This document shows positions 49,626 through 60,839 of a stretch of DNA of 64,000 nt, in pieces. Numbering within the stretch: the stretch's first letter is position 1; each line of letters begins with the position of its first letter. This stretch comes from Setoptus koraiensis. Lineage: Eukaryota > Animalia > Arthropoda. The notes under the pieces are model-generated. The model had not been told where the DNA came from. It ran no database searches and was given only the letters and a program-made list of their open reading frames with translations. The stretch covers positions 1,364,001 to 1,428,000 of the forward strand of contig CM106586.1 of the NCBI GenBank assembly GCA_048013815.1. Direction: 5' to 3'. The translations under genes and the position numbers were made by a program.

Positions 49626-51128
49626 AGTACAACAACATAATGTATTGAAAGCATGCGAGAAAACGAATGGATCGGCCAAGGGAACCGAGCGGTCGTGAAA
49701 AATTTGTGACCGACAAAGCAAAACTACACGTCAGTTATAGTAACAACTATAAATTTCAATTTTAAGATACTCAATAAAAAGTCTCATGAATAATAATAGT
49801 ATCAAATGTGATACACATTGAAAAAGAAATAATCTCATGTTTTAATCTTTGGTCAAATTAGATTGTTCTATCCTTCCCATTGATGTGGGCTAGGTGGTAG
49901 TTCGGACGGATGTGCAACAGTTGAAGATGTGAAGGATTTGAAAGCGGCTGAGTGAGGGTTTATACACAAAGGGGTCCTAGCGGAACTAGCGCACCTTTCC
50001 AAAATAGTCTTGTGTAACAACTCTGTGATATTTCAAATATACATTCAAGGATAAATGATGAAATTGTTAGTACTGCGTGCGAGAAATGATGAGATATTTC
50101 AGTGATAATTGAGTGAACAAAACTAACCTTTAACTTGTGTGACATAAACTAAGTCACGTTCAAAGCCATCGTCAAATGGGATAGGAGCTGTGGGTTCTAG
50201 ATCACAACAAAACTTTCTTGCTCCTTGTATAGAGTGACAACATTTGCACATACAAGAATGATATCGTATTCTGCCCTCTTCCAAATATGGGTGATTTAAG
50301 GCAGTAGCACCATCAATTCTTTTATCAGGATTAAATACCAACATCTGACATAACAAGTGGACAGCTTCATGTGTTGCTTGCGAGGATAAAATGTACAGGG
50401 CAGTAAGTGCTGGTTGTTTGAAGGGACTCCTTCTTATGTGATTCTTTGCTCCTTGACAAGCGTATTTCATGTCCTCATTTGAAGGGGTACCTAATAAATC
50501 AACAATTAAATCTAGTTGCTGGACAGGTGTCTGAGCCTGAAATAATATTCTTCTACCAAGAAGCTCAGCAAAAATACATCCGACAGACCAAATATCTATA
50601 GCTGACGAATAATGTTTAGCTCCCATAAGTAGTTCAGGCGCTCGATAATATTGTGTCACTACCTCCAAGGTCATGTGCTTATACCGATCTGGTTCCACTC
50701 TGGCTAATCCAAAATCACAAATCTTTAACAAACAATTACTATTTACTAATAGGTTACCAGGTTTGATATCACGATGTAATATTTTTGCCGAGTGCAAATA
50801 CTTCAAACCTCTCAAAGTTTGATAAAGAAATATTTTGACGTGATCAGATGTCAGGGGTTGGGATGATACAATAATCTTGTGTAGATCGGATTGCATAAGC
50901 TCGGTTATCACATATAATTCCTGAAAATAATCTAAATGAGGTGGTTGTAATATATCTAATGCTGACATGACATTTTCATGTTTAAGGAAGCATAGCATTT
51001 TGATCTCACGCAACACACGTTTACTTGAGACAAAATTTTGGAAGACATTGGGCATCTTTTTGAGAGCCACTTTTTTTCCGTCCCTTGGGTCCGTCACCGA
51101 CCAAACGATACCAAACGCTCCATAACCG
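49626..51128. repeat. Segmental duplication unit 1b (copy of 39507..41009)
   Basis: Near-identical colinear copy. The 5' junction falls at the GYG codons of the glycine-rich loop. Confidence 0.95.
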
Positions 51129-51193
51129 TGAATATTCTTACAAACCTGTACAAATCTGACCAATTGCTCAGCGCGCGTTCGAAACCATATCAC
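49868..51193 (-). CDS. NLK: Nemo-like kinase, copy 2: 5'-truncated duplicate with a new in-frame N-terminus (exons 51193-50128 and 50022-49868)
   Basis: Protein identical to copy 1 from GYGAFG to the stop; the one coding substitution seen (TGC/TGT) is synonymous. Upstream reads MIWFRTRAEQLVRFVQVCKNIH from an ATG at 51193. Expression unknown, so it could be a pseudogene. Confidence 0.7.
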
Positions 51194-51455
51194 TTGATGG
51201 CATTGCGTTGGAGTAGCTGAATTTCCTGTTATGTAAGGTCGCTTTCCGTCTGATTCTTGTGCATGTCTCGCGCTTTTTTGAATAACATGAGCCCCAATCT
51301 CTTAGTAGTTTTGTTATGTAAGCATTGTCCACTAGCCTAGCATGAGCGCGCGCGGGCACCTGATACGCTGATGCCAAACTTCAACTACATATCAGTACAG
51401 TTTGTCAGTTTTCATCTCTATCCCGATTCTGAAGTTAGGTGACAAAAGTCGCATT
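51163..51455. repeat. Shared 293-bp leader block, copy 2
   Basis: See 48536..48828. Confidence 0.95.
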
Positions 51456-52312
51456 GAGCATTAAGAAATAGAATTAGCCGAAAGAGTGCCTATTAGTTAT
51501 TGAGGACCATGAGCGATGACGCTGCCACTACTGCTCCAGTATCACTGCCGGATTTTGATGAGATCTGCAAAGGGGAATGGGGGCTACTAACCTATCGTGA
51601 TTTTTTCATTCATAGTGATTGTCAGTCAATCACTGGCGATCGATCGGAGTTTTACAAATGGTGTGCACAACCGGAGCGCAAAAACGCACCTGATTCTTAC
51701 AAAGAAGCTATTTGTTCGTTTGAGAGCTTTCCAGGCCAAGTCATCAAGGGAGAATTTTTCATTTCGCACGACATAAATATAGATGAGCATGAAAATAAGT
51801 TCCTAGGGTACGAGCTCCTGAAAGTCGGGGAACTAGATCATAATTGCCCAGAAAATAGATTCGAAACCACTGAATCAGACTACAAAGATGTCCTCGATTA
51901 CTGCAATGCTACATTGAATAAGGAAGATGTAAGTAAATGGAGGACAACCCTCCCTTCTCCTACGCCTGAGGAAGGGTCATCCTTGGCGATCATCCTGGTA
52001 GTTGTCGCTATTTTGATTATTGTTTTCATCGCTATGTTGATCTATCTCTATATGGGGAATGTGTCGAATAAGCGAAGATCTGGTGCAATATCGGGAACAG
52101 GGAGCCAAATAGTCGCCAGAGATTCACTAAGGGCTCCGCCATCTCTGCCAACAATGTCCAAGGTGGCAGACAAGACCTTGAGATCGGAGGTGAATCATTA
52201 CAAGATTCCATCCCTTATTAGATCATCATCAGCTAGGTCGCCATCAGGTGGGCCACCATCAGCTAGGTCGCCATCCTCTAGATTACCATCAGGCAAGGCT
52301 TCGATGGTTTGA
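51287..52312 (+). CDS. Orphan single-pass membrane protein TM2, paralog of TM1. Main ORF from ATG 51509; predicted leader exons 51287-51317 and 51396-51438
   Basis: Same six Cys positions and motifs as TM1, hydrophobic segment LAIILVVVAILIIVFIAMLIYLY, SARSP repeats and ASMV end. Joining the leader needs a rarer GAG acceptor at 51504. Confidence 0.8.
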
Positions 52313-52481
52313 TTGATATTTTGTTATTACAATTATGTAATTTACAGGGCGAGTGGAGCGGCCGCAGAAATTGAGTGTCAATCAAGAATAAACTGAATTC
52401 GACCGATCACAGAGGAGAAGGACTGTCTATCTTTGTTTATTAATTAGATATCTATAATAATAGTAATAATATAAAAACAAT

Positions 52482-54590
52482 CTACAATCTTGGCTTTAAA
52501 TAAGCTATGATGGGCTTGTTATCTGTGAATTCCCTATACCAATCCGGCCGTTGCATAGCGTTTTTAGCGTTCATTATTGCATCGTAAATATTCTTGTAAA
52601 TCTGACCATCGGATTTGCCCAACGCAGAGTTTAATATAAAATCACTTGGTGCCATAGCGTCTGCCAAAGATACGGCATCATTCTTTATCTCGGAACACAA
52701 TTTTAGAATGGCCGCTCTAATATATTCCGTTGGTTTAGCACCCTCGAAATAACCAGCTTGATACAAGGTGGCCAAATTTTTCTCTAATGACCACAGACCA
52801 TACAACAAGCCCAACCTTTCAAGAACTTGAGCCATCGGTACCTCGAGTTCTTCAATGTTTGTGAAGGTGTGCCATCTTTCTAAAACTAGCTCGTCACAGA
52901 AAGCAAACGACAATGAGCGTGCAAAGTAAACTTGTGAGTTACTTTTGGACATAAATGGATCCTTGTCTAAACTGAGCTGTTCTTTTAGTTTCTGAGCCGA
53001 TTGCTTTAGTAGCCAACAAACCAAAAATTTGTAAGTCTCTATGATAAATGTCATGGACAATACATCTTGTGGCCTCTGAATGTTGGCCTTCGTTTTAAGC
53101 ACTGCCTCACAATTGTCTAGATAATCTAGTGAGCCGAATGGAGAACTAATAGCTTGATTACTTTCCAGTTTTTGATCATACAATCTAATGAGATAATTGC
53201 TCGTTTGTTGTTGCAAAACATTGTTGTCACCCTCATAGGTATTGTTAGCGTCATGATCGGAACGTAGATCGCCCAAGCCGGAAGCCTTCAGGTAACCGTG
53301 TCCACCACAAGCCTCGCGACACTCTTGAATGGCATCGCGAGCTATAAAACCGGCCAACCCTTTTGCAGCACTAGACACAGCATGTATCTCGGCCCCCTGT
53401 TCGCCAATGTCCTCTTGATCGCCGCCAAACATAACAGCCACTTGAAAGTTTATAAAGTCCCTCAAGAAGGTCATGGAGAAATTTTGCCACAAATAACAAG
53501 CAGCCAGATAGGGAAAGAGACGCCATTGTTGCATTTGATACTCGATGATAGGCAATTCCTCGCAATCTTCAGGTCCGAATTGTCGTCGTGCCGCCGAATA
53601 TCTTATCGCAATAGTGACAGCCTTCTCTAGATTGGACACTGACATACCAACTATGCCCACTCTGCCCATAGATAGAGTTCCTAGCATGACACCCATGCGG
53701 CGCTTGGTATTTGAATCGCCTGTGTAATTGCCTTTCTTGTCCATGTCGCCCGACCTATTAAACATGCAATCCTTTGGAATGCGATGATTCTTAAACTGTA
53801 AAAATCCGTTGTCAACTCCATTGAGGCCAATTTTGGGGCCCATGTCACCAACCACGATGCCCGAGTATGGCAACAATGTTTGTGGACATCTAATGGGCAC
53901 TATAAAGGCATTCAGTCCGTTACATTTGCCGTCGGCTGTATACAATTGCGCAAACACAACAGCGTGCGTGGCTGTTTGGCCCATATTGCCCGACCATACT
54001 TTAGTTGCTTCGAATGTTGGAGTGTTTAAAACAAATTCATTCGTTTTAGGATCATAATCGGCCCTAGTGAGCATATTTTTCGTATTGCTTCCGTGTCCCA
54101 TTTCTGTCAGCGCAAAGCACCCCAATGCTTTAAAGTCCATGATCTCGTCTAATATCTTAATGTGACGCGCTGAGCCTTGATTCCTTAAACTGTTTGTTAC
54201 AAATTCATACGATAGAAACAACTTCATCGATAGTGACCAATCGTATTGCCCAATGACATTGTATAATACTTGTGTCAATGTTGGATTTGCATAGAATTGA
54301 TCCTCATCTAACAATTCAAATTCAATCAGACGCTTCATTCTGATCAGACACAAACGACGATGTTCGTCCCGGGACAATTCCTCCGATGGATGTCTGAAAA
54401 ATATAGAGTCACTCTCTAACGTCTTCCATATCTTGTGTTTAAATCTGACAATTTCCTCGCCGTCTCTCAATAATCTCATTTTGCGCCAATCAAAGGTGGC
54501 CCGCCGCCTGTAGATGTCCAATGGTCCTGGTGCGAAATCTGGCATCATCTCCAGCCACTCGGGCGTGATGGTCAGGTCGGTCACTTCCAT
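52482..54590 (-). CDS. ACOX3: Peroxisomal acyl-CoA oxidase 3 (pristanoyl-CoA oxidase-like), 702 aa, intronless
   Basis: [77 protein letters not shown]-terminal PTS1-like PRL. Confidence 0.93.
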   Translation of the reverse strand: MEVTDLTITPEWLEMMPDFAPGPLDIYRRRATFDWRKMRLLRDGEEIVRFKHKIWKTLESDSIFFRHPSEELSRDEHRRLCLIRMKRLIEFELLDEDQFYANPTLTQVLYNVIGQYDWSLSMKLFLSYEFVTNSLRNQGSARHIKILDEIMDFKALGCFALTEMGHGSNTKNMLTRADYDPKTNEFVLNTPTFEATKVWSGNMGQTATHAVVFAQLYTADGKCNGLNAFIVPIRCPQTLLPYSGIVVGDMGPKIGLNGVDNGFLQFKNHRIPKDCMFNRSGDMDKKGNYTGDSNTKRRMGVMLGTLSMGRVGIVGMSVSNLEKAVTIAIRYSAARRQFGPEDCEELPIIEYQMQQWRLFPYLAACYLWQNFSMTFLRDFINFQVAVMFGGDQEDIGEQGAEIHAVSSAAKGLAGFIARDAIQECREACGGHGYLKASGLGDLRSDHDANNTYEGDNNVLQQQTSNYLIRLYDQKLESNQAISSPFGSLDYLDNCEAVLKTKANIQRPQDVLSMTFIIETYKFLVCWLLKQSAQKLKEQLSLDKDPFMSKSNSQVYFARSLSFAFCDELVLERWHTFTNIEELEVPMAQVLERLGLLYGLWSLEKNLATLYQAGYFEGAKPTEYIRAAILKLCSEIKNDAVSLADAMAPSDFILNSALGKSDGQIYKNIYDAIMNAKNAMQRPDWYREFTDNKPIIAYLKPRL

Positions 54591-55287
54591 TTTTTATAGA
54601 TGGCGATTACTGTAATAATGAGATTGATGATTGATAAATGATTGTGTTTCACAAAGGTGATCTACAAAAGAGAGTGAATGTCGCTGGTGATGTTAAATGG
54701 TATGAATGGTATAAATATAATTTATCCTTTAGAAAACTAACAATATATTACTTCTGCCTACTGTCAACAACAACTTGTGCAATCTAATAAATCATGTTAT
54801 TGCTTGAGAGGACACATGGGAAATAAACAAGTATATAATAATAATATTATGTAATACTACTGCTGTTGTTAATCAATTGCTCACAAGTTGATATCTTGCC
54901 TATCAGATGGTGAATGTTCCCTGAAGGACGATATCAAGACAATATTGCTGACAATAACATTTGTTTAATTTTGTGACGGTCAGGTGGTTTGTTGATTACA
55001 CATTACCATGTATTGATGCTGATTTGTTATTTTTGTTTTTGTTTCTTTTCTTCCTATTCTTTGCTGACCGGTGCGGGTGTCTAGTGATGCGGTAGTATTA
55101 CTGTCATAGTTGTTAGATGATCTTGTGTGATATTTTATTTTATTTTATTTTATTTCCAACTCACAGTCTATTGGTATAACTTGTAATAGCCAATCGCAGG
55201 TCTATGTGGGCATCTCTCGGCGATTTGTGTGCCGACTAGACGAAAAGTATGTTCCAAGTTGTTCCACTTGTTGCTTCGTTCTTAAAA

Positions 55288-55389
<102 letters not shown>

Positions 55390-58300
55390 GCAAGACTTAA
55401 AATCTGTTACTGGCTGTTTGGTGAATGTTAGGCCAGCTCAATACAGCTCATACACAAGCTAGCCACGGCTATGTTTGATGATAGGAGAGTTATTGGAGCA
55501 GGTTAGTCAGCAGTTGTTGTTAGAGAATGTCTAATAGAAACAGCACTCAAACAACCAGACAGTGAGTCAGTGTTGAGAGTAGCGAGGAAAAAGAAGCAAT
55601 GATGAAGAAAGAATGGTTGTTATGTATGTAGTTATGATGATGTTGGAAAGAAGGCGCAATTAAAGAATGATAGTACCTTACTATGCCCATTGAAGAACAG
55701 GTTGTTTGGCAGGGCCACTTGTTATATCACTACCATCACTATTATACCAATATGTTCATACAGTATTGTAAGCCAGCGTTAGCAAGCTATCATGCGAAAG
55801 AAAGAATACAATCAAAAAAAGAGGAAAGAAGTAGATATTACATTATACATAAGAAGAATGAGAAGAATCAAGCACAAGTCAAATGAACATCCAACCAACA
55901 ACCAAATGCCATTTACAGGCACTGACCAAGTTAGGTTGGTTGGAAAAAAATGAAATCATTCGCACTTGATCCAACCTATACCGATAAAGGTAGAGAAGCG
56001 CGCCCTGGCGCTCGTTTCGCCAACTATGTTGTTAGTGGGTCGATAAATGCCAGCATGAGTGCGTTAGGAAATATAAAATTATTACTATTGATGACAGATG
56101 AAGGCACTTTTTTGTCTGTGGCATATCTTCAAAACCATATTTATTTATACACAGTTGAAGAAGATTTCATTGCCCATCACATACACTTATACAACATGTG
56201 CTATAGAAGTGTTCTCTTCGAAAAAGTCAGCCAATGTTTGTGAAATGAACGTGCGAGCGAATGAAAACACGTAATTCTTTCAACTGTTCGACATTCCAAG
56301 CGTACGTCGAATCGTTGACATTGATTCGCTGATTGAAACGCGCAATCACAAGAATCATTAACTTTTACTTGTATCAACAAGATTCTCTGTTTGTTGGCAT
56401 AATCATTATAATAATCAACCAAAGTCACATTCACACACCACTATTTGCTAGCAAGCTAGCCAATGTTTGTACTAACAAGTAGTGAGCATAATGTTCCTTG
56501 TGCCTAGCAGCTCGATGATGGCTCGAAGGCGACGGCGCCACCGACAACAATCAGCGAGCCGACAAAAACGAAGCGATACCAATTATCTGTTTTATCTGTT
56601 CCCCACGTGGCACTAAGTATAGCGGCGCAGAAGGAAAACTCTCGGCCATGTAACCACTTGTTAATTAATTAAGTTTCCTCCCGATGCTTGTGGAATTCCA
56701 GTTGAAAACGTAACTGATGCTTGCGTTTATGCTACTATGGTTGCCAAGTGTTTGATGCAAAACACGACAACGAACACAATGAGCAATTACTGTTAGTGGT
56801 AAGCAAGACCGATGACCGCCTCTCGATGATGTGATAGATTTATCACTGTTGATTACATGTCAACTAACACACCAAGAACAATCATTATCGTCTACTCCAA
56901 TGCTTTTTCTATTGCTCTAATGCGATACAAAAAACCACTACAATCATCCATTGAATTGTGTCTGTTTGATTTAATTCATTCCAAGGTCAACACCAGAAGA
57001 ACCAACAACAAATATCCTGATTATTAACTCGCCTCCGTGCGAGTACAATAGTAACTACGCATAACTAACTAATAACTTGCCATTATTTATGCCCAGCTTG
57101 GCTAGCCCCCGCTTGCCAGTTGTTAGACTCAAGTCCAAGGTTCAGTTAGTTCAGCAAGTGTCTTTTGTTGCTGAAAGTAACGACTTCGCTCATAATTTTC
57201 TCTTTTTCGTCTTTCGCCACACATCCACTATTGACTGATAGAATAACACTCTTTAGTTTGTTTACTACCTGTCACTGATGATGATAATGATGATGCAGAT
57301 GATTATGACTGTCTGTAAGAATGAACATAACATGTTCGTTTGTTATCTGTCAATTTAGCGAGCTGTCTCGGCGCGCGCGAATCTCTATCTAGATATAACT
57401 CAAAACTTCTGCACACTGTATTTGAAATTTTAAAATTTTTATTGCCTTAACAGCGAAACGAACTGAAACCTCATTACGACTGCATTATAAATACAACTCT
57501 TTTAATTTGCAATTATGAGTCATAATGAGCACAAATCTCACAATGTTGTTGCCGTTGTATGAATGAGCGGGCATCTGCGACAACAACAATTATGATTACC
57601 TACAGAGTTAGAATGGTCTACAATTGGGGAAGAACGCGCGAACATATTCATCGCTGTTGATAACTCATTTCTCATTCTATTTAGCTCGTTTACTCACGAT
57701 GGCTACATTTTCATCTCTGGCACGTTGACAGCAATTGGCAATGTGACTCATAGCAACTTGCGCGTCATCGTAACGCCAAATTGAATGGATGGACGAGAAA
57801 TGGTTATGAGCGGGGTGTAAAAACCAAGGCATTGCCTTGTTCACATGAGATCGCGACTGCACTGTAATCAACAGAAACCATTCAACAATCCCAAGATCTG
57901 CGAGACTATCTTTCTCAAAATTGTGCATGCACTGGTATGTTCTGAATATGGCAAGCTCAGGTGGAAATCGTTGCCAACTCAAATTGTAGCTACTAACTAT
58001 CAGAATTCTTCACAGTTAGATATAAACTAATCAAGACAATTTGAAATAGAGCAAGGCTGACGTCACTTCGCAAACACACTTTAAATTTGAATGTTGAGTC
58101 GTTGAAAGAGCAATGCAAGGGGTTGACAGCCCATTGTGTGTCTCCTCAAACGACATGATACATGTATGATCTATTTAAAGTAACAATACCGATCTAATTG
58201 TAGCTCACGAGCAGACGAACGAACCCATCCTCGATCATCACAGAACCAACAATCTCAGGAAGTGCTTAAATGCTCTCAGTTCTCATCGATGACAGATAAT

Positions 58301-59600
58301 CCGCGATTCAAGACATCTTTTTTCATCTACTGTCTACCAGAGGCAATCTATTATTCATTCATATAATTCTACACTATCCATTGACACAGCTCTAACACCT
58401 GTAAAGCTTGTTCTCGTCATTGTTTATTTTATATCATCGCATACCACAACAAGCAAGCAAACACTCACACATACACACCGTGACCATGGTAACATCCTTT
58501 TGATACACTTGTATCTGCCAGATAAACTACTGTTGTATAATATGTAAGCGGTGATCACAAGACACAGCTCTAATAAGTACCTACCAGGTATAATCACACG
58601 GGTGGTTGACACTCAAATCTAAGTACGTTTCTTACATTTTGATCCAAATAGCAATTACATGCAGCGAGTAGTATTGCCGGAATGCAATGTGCTACCATTC
58701 CTATACTGATGTTTCAGGCACTTTCTTATACTTGCTAGTGTGTTTACAATAAGATACCAATTACATATACAACATCGATACAATATCCGTTCTCTTGTGT
58801 ATTTCTATGTTATTTGTTGTTTATATATGTCGTGCGCATTTACTCGTGAAGCCCAAAGACGACCTTTAACCTTTAGAAAACTTCTAGAGAAGTCCTTGAT
58901 TCACACTTTTCTCTGTTCTTGAAAACCTTTCTGAAAACAAACCGAAACAACTTATGAACTTTTACCCATGTGTACTTTTGCCATAACTTACCACTCATTC
59001 AATAGTCCCTTGTGATCTTTGTGGTCAATAGAGATGGGGTCAAGAACACCAATTTGGATGCCATCATTTCAGTGAAAAGAACTTAACAAAGCTATATGAG
59101 GATTGAGATATATCGAAAATATCAGATGATTCATCTTGATCGTAGATCGTTGGTTGTTCATTGGGACTTTATTGAACATTTGTGTCAGTAAAAAAATGTG
59201 TTTCATTATGATATCACTTTTTGTTTACACATTGAAATACCGTTGCCTCCGATCTCGCCTAACCCATCAGCTGAGCGGGGACGAATTTACAATTGTGCCT
59301 ATCTGTATCAAAACAAAAAAAAACTGTTAAATTGAATCTGAGGTATAAAAACATGTTTACGTTATGACCTAATGTGACGTTAATTAGAATATAGATTACC
59401 TGATCTAACTCAAGCCCCTGGTAACTAAAATTTTTTGTATTATTTGTATTATTAAATTGAAAACCTTGGCATCACTAACGTCATGTGTTGTTATTTATTG
59501 GCCTGCACTATTTAGATTAAAAATGTATATCTTTACACTTCATCTACGATAAGAACTCTGTTACGTAGCATATCAACAAGATAATCTATAATATGGAGAC

Positions 59601-60725
59601 ATGCTAGTGAGAAGACTGAGCTATTTGTTAGGTAGTATGAGTGGTAGACATCACTGCCAAACTATAAATGGAACACGTAAACTGAAAAATTTTACAGTCT
59701 ACTCAAGTGAACTAACGCCCAAAACAAACGCAGAAAATCATCAGATTATAAGTCTCCTCAAGATAGTCAAAACCACCAAAATACCCTATAAATTATTGTC
59801 CTCAAGTGACCAACAGTCCATTGAGATCCCAATAAAAAAAACTGACAACATGGCTACCATAATCAGTGGAACTAAATTGGCCGGTGATATCAAGACCAAA
59901 CTCAAAGCTAAAGTAGAGCGAGAAAAACTAAAGCCGAATCTCGCCATTGTACAAGTAGGAAATCGTGAAGATTCAAATGTTTATATTCGTATGAAAATAC
60001 AATTTGCTGAATCTATCGGAGCCTCTGCCAATCTTATCAAACTGCCAAGTACAATTAGTGAAGTAGAACTCGTAGATACTATTATCAAATTGAACGAGGA
60101 TGACAATGTTCACGGTATAATAACTCAATTGCCATTCAATTGCGACACAAAAATAGATGCCGATAAAATTACAAATACAATAGCACCGCACAAGGATGTG
60201 GATGGACTTAGTGTTGTTAATGCTGGAAAACTGCTCCATGGTGATCTGACTGGATCCTCTTTTATCCCATGCACTCCCAATGGTTGTCTAGAGATGATCA
60301 AGGAGGCTGGTATCAAGATCGAAGGTACTCGATCTGTTGTTATTGGACGAAGTAAAATTGTTGGTTCGCCAATGGCACAGTTATTAGTTTGGAACAACTC
60401 AACTGTGACCATATGCCACTCGATGACTAAGAATTTAGAGGGTATATGCCGCGATGCAGACATAATAGTTGTGGCCGTAGGTCGGCCTCAAATGGTTAAA
60501 CAGACTTGGATCAAACCTGGTGCAGTTGTAATAGATTGCGGTATTAATTGTATTCCAGATGCAACCAAAAAGTCTGGTACACGTTTAGTCGGGGATGTTG
60601 ACTATGAAGATTGTAAATTGGTGGCAAGTGCTATTACTCCAGTGCCAGGTGGTGTGGGTCCAATGACGGTGGCCATGTTGATAGCCAACACTGTGGAGGC
60701 AGCCTCTCGAGCCAACAATAGGTGA
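59601..60725 (+). CDS. MTHFD1: Methylenetetrahydrofolate dehydrogenase/cyclohydrolase (MTHFD1-type D/C domain only) with an 83-aa N-terminal extension
   Basis: LAIVQVGNREDSNVYI..K, VHGII.QLP, PHKDVDGL, FIPCTP.GC, GRSKIVG.P, WIKPGAVVIDCGIN, ITPVPGGVGPMTVAML, then stop. Second in-frame ATG at 59850. Confidence 0.88.
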   Translation: MLVRRLSYLLGSMSGRHHCQTINGTRKLKNFTVYSSELTPKTNAENHQIISLLKIVKTTKIPYKLLSSSDQQSIEIPIKKTDNMATIISGTKLAGDIKTKLKAKVEREKLKPNLAIVQVGNREDSNVYIRMKIQFAESIGASANLIKLPSTISEVELVDTIIKLNEDDNVHGIITQLPFNCDTKIDADKITNTIAPHKDVDGLSVVNAGKLLHGDLTGSSFIPCTPNGCLEMIKEAGIKIEGTRSVVIGRSKIVGSPMAQLLVWNNSTVTICHSMTKNLEGICRDADIIVVAVGRPQMVKQTWIKPGAVVIDCGINCIPDATKKSGTRLVGDVDYEDCKLVASAITPVPGGVGPMTVAMLIANTVEAASRANNR

Positions 60726-60839
60726 TTTTACTCTATATCCGTTTTTTTTCTACCTACATGTATTATCTCGCCGAGATAAAATTTTTCCTGTCACAAAATT
60801 GATATATACAGATAGTAATTTTTTCATTTTTACTATAAG

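Noticed and set aside
54798-54820. TTATTGCTTGAGAGGACACATG resembles mature miR-137
   Set aside because: The upstream sequence cannot form the required 5' arm; pairing breaks after about four bases.
58058-58065. Full CRE palindrome TGACGTCA in a window containing CREB
   Set aside because: One 8-mer in 64 kb is expected by chance.
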